A stretch of DNA of 32,000 nucleotides from Mycolicibacterium smegmatis. GTDB taxonomy: Bacteria; Actinomycetota; Actinomycetes; Mycobacteriales; Mycobacteriaceae. The translations under genes were made by a program, and so were the position numbers. Under the pieces are notes generated by a model that had not been told where the DNA came from, did no database searches, and saw only the letters and a program-made list of their open reading frames with translations. Shown piece after piece: positions 26,787 through 32,000 of the stretch (the stretch's first letter is position 1; every line of letters begins with the position of its first letter). The stretch lies in NCBI RefSeq assembly GCF_001457595.1, contig NZ_LN831039.1, forward strand, positions 1,500,001 to 1,532,000, written 5' to 3'.

Positions 26787-27314
26787 TCAGTTCTCCTCTG
26801 CGGTGTTGTTGGTGTGTGCGTAAGGATCACGGATACAGGCGATTTCGGCGCCATGGTGGATCACTTCCCGGTTGATGTGCAGCACCAGCTCACTCATCGG
26901 GTGGTCTGCCCATGGACCCTCGGCCGGCCCGACCGGGCGCTGCAGATCATCCTCGCTCAACGCGCGTACCCCGGTGATCCAATTGCGGTAGGCGTCGTCG
27001 AGTTGTTCGAGCGCGGTCTTTGCGTCGGTGGCGTACGGCCACGTCTGGTAGTCGGCGGGCGGACCGCCGAAGTGTGAATGGTTGCGCATCGCGAGGACGC
27101 CGACGATGACATGAGCGAGCCGCCACGCGATGGTGGTGAACGGGGTGGGTTGTGGCTCGGGGTAGCTGAAATCGATGGAGCCGTCGGCGTGCACCGTCCA
27201 GCAGCCCGGAACCGGCTGCCAGAAGTATTCGTCGTCGGTGAGGCCGTCCAGTCGCGGGCGCAGCTGGTGGGTCCAGTGGAAATCCAGCTGGTCGGCAATC
27301 AGGTCGATGTCCAT
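26787..27314 (-). CDS. DinB-family protein
   Basis: MDIDLIADQLDFHWTHQLRPRLDGLTDDEYFWQPVPGCWTVH, AWRLAHVIVGVLAMRNHSHF, HINREVIHHGAEIACIRDPY. Confidence 0.82.
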   Translation of the reverse strand: MDIDLIADQLDFHWTHQLRPRLDGLTDDEYFWQPVPGCWTVHADGSIDFSYPEPQPTPFTTIAWRLAHVIVGVLAMRNHSHFGGPPADYQTWPYATDAKTALEQLDDAYRNWITGVRALSEDDLQRPVGPAEGPWADHPMSELVLHINREVIHHGAEIACIRDPYAHTNNTAEEN

Positions 27315-27336
27315 GTAACCCACCCTGACAGGCATA

Positions 27337-27355
27337 TAGGACAGTTCCCGTCCTA
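27337..27355. promoter_or_regulatory. Candidate operator in DinB/WYL divergent region
   Basis: Perfect inverted repeat TAGGAC-AGTTCCC-GTCCTA. Confidence 0.45.
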
Positions 27356-27376
27356 AAAGTGCGGCAGACTTGTCGC

Positions 27377-28339
27377 ATGGCGCGCACCGTCGACACCACC
27401 GGCCGAGTGGTCCAACTGCTGGGGCTGCTGCAGTCCCGCCGTGTGTGGACCGGTGAGGAACTCGCCGAGCGGCTCGGCGTCACGGGGCGCAGTGTGCGAC
27501 GCGACATCGAGCGCCTGCGCGAACTCGGCTATCCGGTGCATGCGAGCAAAGGGCAGGGCGGCGGTTACCAACTGGGCGCCGGAATGGCGTTGCCGCCGCT
27601 GCTGCTCGACCCCGACGAGGCCGTCGCCATGGCGGTCTGCCTGCGGCTGGCGGCCGGGGGAAGCGTCGCGGGCGTGGGCGAGTCGGCGCTGCGGGCCCTG
27701 TCCAAGCTCGACCAGGTCATGCCGGCGCGGCTGCGGTCCCAGGTCGCGGCCATCCACGACGCCACCGTGACGTTGGGGCCCAACGCCACCGACACCGCGG
27801 TGGCACCCGACGTGCTGATGACACTGGCCCGCGCGTGCCGCGACCGCGAGCACGTCAGCACCGGCTACACCGATCTGCGCGGCAATCAGACCCAACGGCG
27901 ACTGGAGCCCTACCAACTCGTCACCACCGGCAGGCGCTGGTACCTGATGGCCTACGACCGTGACCGCGAGGACTGGCGCAGCCTGCGGCTCGACCGGATG
28001 TCGGATGTCCGTGCGACCGGCACCACCTTCACCGCGCGCCCCGCACCGGACGCCGCGGCCTACGTCGGCCGCGCGATCAGCGCCTCGGCGTACCCCTACG
28101 TGGCGCGGGTACGCTACTTCGCCCCGGAAAAGGTTGTCGCGCAGCGGTTTCCGCCGGGTACGGCGACGTTCGAACCGGACGGTCCCGACGCCTGCATCGT
28201 CACTTCGGGCGCCGAGTACCCCGGACAGCTCGCGATGTACTTCGCCACGGTGGGCCACGACTTCGAGGTGCTTGAACCGGCCGAGGTGATCGACGCCGTC
28301 GGTGCGATGGCCGACCGGTTGCGCCGCGCCGTCAGGTGA
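27377..28339 (+). CDS. YafY-type HTH-11 / WYL-domain transcriptional regulator
   Basis: VVQLLGLLQSRRVWTGEELAERLGVTGRSVRRDIERLRELGYPVHASKGQGGGYQL (HTH) and GRRWYLMAYDRDREDWRSLRLDRM (WYL). ATG at 27377. Confidence 0.92.
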   Translation: MARTVDTTGRVVQLLGLLQSRRVWTGEELAERLGVTGRSVRRDIERLRELGYPVHASKGQGGGYQLGAGMALPPLLLDPDEAVAMAVCLRLAAGGSVAGVGESALRALSKLDQVMPARLRSQVAAIHDATVTLGPNATDTAVAPDVLMTLARACRDREHVSTGYTDLRGNQTQRRLEPYQLVTTGRRWYLMAYDRDREDWRSLRLDRMSDVRATGTTFTARPAPDAAAYVGRAISASAYPYVARVRYFAPEKVVAQRFPPGTATFEPDGPDACIVTSGAEYPGQLAMYFATVGHDFEVLEPAEVIDAVGAMADRLRRAVR

Positions 28340-28892
28340 TCCCGAGCCGGTCGGTGAGCACCAGGAACGCCACCGCGAAATCGTTGCCCGCGGTCGCGGT
28401 GCGCACGGTGTCCCAGTCGACACGTTCACGCACCGCACGTGCAGCGGGCAGCAACGACGCGAAATCGCAATGGTGTTCGTTGAGCGAGCTCAATTTCTCG
28501 GCGATCACGAGCGTCGGCGTCAGCACGGGCATCCGGATCGCGCACACGTCGAGCACCTCGACCGTGGCCAGCGTGGCCGAATCCACGGGCACCCCGTTGA
28601 GCTGGTAGAGCACGTCGACCATGGCGTCGTCGGCGGTGTAGGCCTTGAACAGCCAGTCCTCCGGGGTGCGGACCACGCGGAAACCGGCCTTCTGCAGCGT
28701 CACCTCGGCGGCCTCGGCGTCGGTCTGGGCCACCACGAAGTCGACGTCGTGAACGGGTTCCGGCGCGCCGTACGCCCACAGGGCGTAGCTGCCCGCGAGC
28801 GCGAAGTCCGGGCCGTGCGTCTTGAACGCCGAGGCCGCGCGTTTCAGCGCGTCGCGCAGGCTCTCGTTGCGACCGAGCTCGTGATCGACCAC
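28332..28892 (-). CDS. Orphan nucleotidyltransferase-fold protein (AbiEii/DUF6036-like)
   Basis: FALAGSYALWAYGAPEPVHDVDFVV fits the hG[GS]x9-13DhDh motif; TPTLVIAEKLSSLNEHHCDFASLLPAARAVRERVDW resembles AbiEii-type C-terminal helices. Confidence 0.62.
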   Translation of the reverse strand: MVDHELGRNESLRDALKRAASAFKTHGPDFALAGSYALWAYGAPEPVHDVDFVVAQTDAEAAEVTLQKAGFRVVRTPEDWLFKAYTADDAMVDVLYQLNGVPVDSATLATVEVLDVCAIRMPVLTPTLVIAEKLSSLNEHHCDFASLLPAARAVRERVDWDTVRTATAGNDFAVAFLVLTDRLGIT

Positions 28893-28946
28893 GTCCCGTC
28901 CCGACTGTCAGCGTGTCTGGTCCGTCCAGATGGGTATCAGGTACCC

Positions 28947-29702
28947 ATGCGGGTGGCCACTTTCAACATCTTGCACGGACGTAGTGTCCACGAGGGCAGC
29001 GTCGACCTGGGCAAGCTCGGCGCCGCGGTCGCCGAACTGGATCCCGACATCCTCGGTCTCCAGGAGGTGGACCTGGACCAGCCGCGTTCCGGCAAGGCCG
29101 ATCTGACCGCGGTCGCGGCCGAGGCCATGGGCGCGGTCTATCACCGGTTCGTCGCCGCGATCTCCGGGACGCCGGGTGCCACGTGGATGGCCGCGACCGG
29201 CCGTGAACAACCCGGCACCGCGGCGTACGGGATCGCGCTGCTGTCGCGGTTCCCGGTGGAGAACTGGCAGGTGGTGCGGTTACCGCGGATCCCGACGCGG
29301 TTCCCCATGTATCTGTCGGCGGTCAAGCGCGTGCAGATCGTGCACGAGGAACCCCGCGCAGCCGTCGTCGCGCGCATCGACACGCCGCTGGGCTGTATGA
29401 GCGTCGCCAACACCCATCTGTCGTTCGTGCCCGGATGGAACCGCATCCAACTGCGCCACCTGGTGCGCGACCTGAAAGGTTTCCCCGGGCCACGCCTGCT
29501 GATGGGCGATCTCAACATGGGGCCGGGGCAGCCCGCGCGGTGGCGTGCGCTCGGATCGGCGCTGACCTTCCCGGCCGACGCGCCCGAGCGCCAGCTCGAC
29601 CACGTGCTCACCGACGATCACATGCTGGAGGTCGAGTCGTGCAGCGCGCCGTGCCTGCCGATCTCCGACCACCGCGCGCTGGTGGTCGACATCGCGGAAT
29701 GA
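28947..29702 (+). CDS. Endonuclease/exonuclease/phosphatase (EEP) family protein
   Basis: MRVATFNILHGR, GLQEVD, ANTHLSF, LMGDLNMGP, SDHRALVVDI are EEP signature blocks. Start reassigned from the track ORF. Confidence 0.9.
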   Translation: MRVATFNILHGRSVHEGSVDLGKLGAAVAELDPDILGLQEVDLDQPRSGKADLTAVAAEAMGAVYHRFVAAISGTPGATWMAATGREQPGTAAYGIALLSRFPVENWQVVRLPRIPTRFPMYLSAVKRVQIVHEEPRAAVVARIDTPLGCMSVANTHLSFVPGWNRIQLRHLVRDLKGFPGPRLLMGDLNMGPGQPARWRALGSALTFPADAPERQLDHVLTDDHMLEVESCSAPCLPISDHRALVVDIAE

Positions 29703-29719
29703 CGCCGTAGGGTTTTGAG

Positions 29720-32000
29720 ATGCACGTCACATCCGCGGAGTCGACGGAGCGGTACACCGGACCGGCCGAGGAGCCACGTCAGCTGGTGGCGGTGACCTAC
29801 CGGGGGTGCACGCAGCCGTCCATCATCACGGTCGAGGGCGACGGCATCTCGGGTTCGGCGCGGATCGATCCCGGGGACGGTGTGGTCGAGGTGCCGGTGG
29901 ACGTCGAACGGCCCGTGCCCGGCGAGATCCGGCGTGCACACGCCTCGGGTCTCGGTTTCGATTTCACGGTGGCCGAACCCGGCTGGACGATGTACATGAT
30001 CAGCCACTTCCACTACGACCCGGTGTGGTGGAACACCCAGGCCGCCTACACCAGTGTGTGGACCGAGGACCCGCCCGGGCAGTGCAGGCAGACCCACGGC
30101 TTCGACTTGGTGCGTGCGCATCTCGAAATGGCGCGCCGGGAACCGGAATACAAGTTCGTGCTGGCCGAGGTCGACTACCTCAAACCGTACTGGGACGCCC
30201 ATCCCGAGGACCGTGCCGACCTGCGCCGGTTCATCGCCTCTGGTCGTGTCGAGATCATGGGCGGGACCTACAACGAACCCAACACCAACCTCACGAGCCC
30301 CGAGACGGCGATCCGGAACTTCGTGCACGGCATGGGTTTCCAGCGCGACATCCTGGGCGCGACCCCGGCCACCGCGTGGCAGCTCGACGTGTTCGGCCAC
30401 GACCCGCAGTTCCCCGGTATGGCGGCCGACGCCGGTCTCACGTCGAGCTCGTGGGCGCGCGGCCCGCACCACCAGTGGGGGCCGATGCAGAACGACGGGG
30501 ATCCCGAACGCATGCAGTTCTGCAGCGAATTCGAGTGGATCGCGCCGTCGGGCCGCGGACTGCTGACCCATTACATGCCCGCGCACTATTCGGCCGGGTG
30601 GTGGATGGATACGTCGGCGTCGCTCGCCGAGGCCGAGGACGCCACGTACACATTGTTCACCAAGCTCAAGCGCGTCGCGTTGACCCGCAACGTCCTGCTG
30701 CCCGTCGGCACCGACTACACACCGCCCAACAAGTGGGTCACCGAGATCCACCGGGACTGGAACGCGCGCTACGTGTGGCCGAAGTTCGTGTGCGCGTTGC
30801 CGTCCGAGTTCTTCGCCGCGGTGCGCGCCGAGCTCGACGAGCGCGGCATCACGCCGTCACCGCAGACCCGCGACATGAACCCGATCTACACCGGCAAGGA
30901 CGTCTCCTACATCGACACCAAGCAGGCCAACCGTGCCGCCGAGGACGCCGTGCTGGACGCCGAACGGTTCGCGGTGTTCGCCGGGTTGCTCGGCGGGGCG
31001 GACTATCCGCAGGCCGCGCTGGCCAAGGCGTGGGTGCAATTGGCCTACGGCGCGCACCACGACGCGATCACCGGATCCGAGTCCGATCAGGTGTACCTCG
31101 ACCTGCTGACCGGCTGGCGCGACGCGTGGGAGCTGGGCACGACCGCGCGCTCGGCCGCCCTGCAGCTGTTGTCGGAAGCCGTCGACGGATCGATCGTGGT
31201 GTGGAATGCGTTGGCGCACAGCCGCACCGACGTCGTCACGATGCACCTGGACCGCCCGTTTCCCGGCGCGTTGCTGGGCACCGACGGCAACGTGGTGCCC
31301 GTCGTGGTCGAGCATGACGGCTTGACCGTGAGCTGGCTCGCGCGTGATGTGCCGTCGCTCGGGTGGCGTTCGTACCGGCTGGCCGACGGTGCCGGGGGCG
31401 GGTGGTCGCCTGTGCTGGGGGACGCGATCTCGAACGAACGCTATCGGTTGCGTGTCGATGCCGCGCGCGGCGGTGGGGTGACATCGCTGGTGCGCGACGG
31501 GCGGCAACTGATCGCCGGCGGCGGTGTGGGCAACGAGCTTGCGGTGTACGACGAATACTCCGCACACCCGCAGGCTGGTGAGGGCCCGTGGCATCTGCTG
31601 CCGAAGGGCCCGGTGGTGTGCTCGTCGGCGGCCCCTGCCGATCATGTCCGGTGTTACCGCAGCGCGGTGGGCCAACGGGTGGTGGTGCGCGGGCGCATCG
31701 GTGACCTGCTGCGCTACACCCAGACCATCACGCTGTGGAACGGGCTGGATCGCGTCGACTGCCGCACCGTCGTCGACGAATTCACCGGCGAGGACCGGTT
31801 GTTGCGGTTGCGCTGGCCCTGTCCGGTGCCGGGTGCGTTGCCGGTCAGTGAGGTCGGTGACGCCGTGATCGGTCGCGGGTTCGGGCTCATGCACGACGGG
31901 GTTTCTGATGGCCGGGCGGGGGATACGGCGGTGGATTCGGCGGTGGATTCGGCACGGCATCCCTGGACGCTCGACAACCCGGCGTACGGGTGGTTCGGGC
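29720..32000 (+). CDS. GH38 alpha-mannosidase, partial (runs off the window end)
   Basis: Reading from ATG 29720 gives MHVTSAESTERYTGPAEEPRQ...MYMISHFHYDPVWWNTQAAY (HxHxD metal site) and WQLDVFGHDPQFPGMAADAG (nucleophile region). Absent from the track because no stop lies in the window. Confidence 0.9.
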   Translation, partial: MHVTSAESTERYTGPAEEPRQLVAVTYRGCTQPSIITVEGDGISGSARIDPGDGVVEVPVDVERPVPGEIRRAHASGLGFDFTVAEPGWTMYMISHFHYDPVWWNTQAAYTSVWTEDPPGQCRQTHGFDLVRAHLEMARREPEYKFVLAEVDYLKPYWDAHPEDRADLRRFIASGRVEIMGGTYNEPNTNLTSPETAIRNFVHGMGFQRDILGATPATAWQLDVFGHDPQFPGMAADAGLTSSSWARGPHHQWGPMQNDGDPERMQFCSEFEWIAPSGRGLLTHYMPAHYSAGWWMDTSASLAEAEDATYTLFTKLKRVALTRNVLLPVGTDYTPPNKWVTEIHRDWNARYVWPKFVCALPSEFFAAVRAELDERGITPSPQTRDMNPIYTGKDVSYIDTKQANRAAEDAVLDAERFAVFAGLLGGADYPQAALAKAWVQLAYGAHHDAITGSESDQVYLDLLTGWRDAWELGTTARSAALQLLSEAVDGSIVVWNALAHSRTDVVTMHLDRPFPGALLGTDGNVVPVVVEHDGLTVSWLARDVPSLGWRSYRLADGAGGGWSPVLGDAISNERYRLRVDAARGGGVTSLVRDGRQLIAGGGVGNELAVYDEYSAHPQAGEGPWHLLPKGPVVCSSAAPADHVRCYRSAVGQRVVVRGRIGDLLRYTQTITLWNGLDRVDCRTVVDEFTGEDRLLRLRWPCPVPGALPVSEVGDAVIGRGFGLMHDGVSDGRAGDTAVDSAVDSARHPWTLDNPAYGWFG

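Noticed and set aside
28332-28892. Complete AbiE-type toxin-antitoxin defence system
   Set aside because: Only an NTase-like protein is present; the neighbouring regulator is HTH-WYL convergent to it, not a cognate AbiEi.
29618-31960. ORFs 29618..30751 -, 29806..31317 + and 30857..31960 -
   Set aside because: Out-of-frame or antisense to the GH38 mannosidase frame, which carries clear catalytic motifs.

Overview
The window is a GC-rich mycobacterial chromosome segment. Gene content and order look like a rapid-grower (M. smegmatis-type) version of the M. tuberculosis Rv0630c-Rv0648 region; this synteny is recalled, not searched. The conserved backbone is recB (partial)-recC, an echA3-like gene, a membrane protein, an MBL-fold hydrolase, tRNA-Thr, tRNA-Met, rpmG2-hadA-hadB-hadC, tRNA-Trp, secE-nusG-rplK-rplA, two mycolic-acid cyclopropane-synthase-type methyltransferases, a lipG-like hydrolase, an ABC1/UbiB kinase-like gene and a partial GH38 alpha-mannosidase. 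Apparent lineage-variable insertions sit between these blocks: MFS+MarR, a DUF2235-like protein, nsrR-hmp, an ECF42-like sigma factor with a tandem DGPF/YCII protein, and DUF2236 / TetR / two DinB / WYL regulator / orphan nucleotidyltransferase / EEP nuclease. No CRISPR array, prophage, transposon or recognisable multi-gene defence system is visible, so I do not claim a new system. The best leads are a DUF2235-like protein whose expected Ser nucleophile is replaced, paired palindromes in two divergent intergenic regions (TetR/DUF2236 and NTase/EEP), a candidate autoregulated ECF promoter, and several strong RNA hairpins. Many long ORFs in the supplied track are antisense shadows of real genes.
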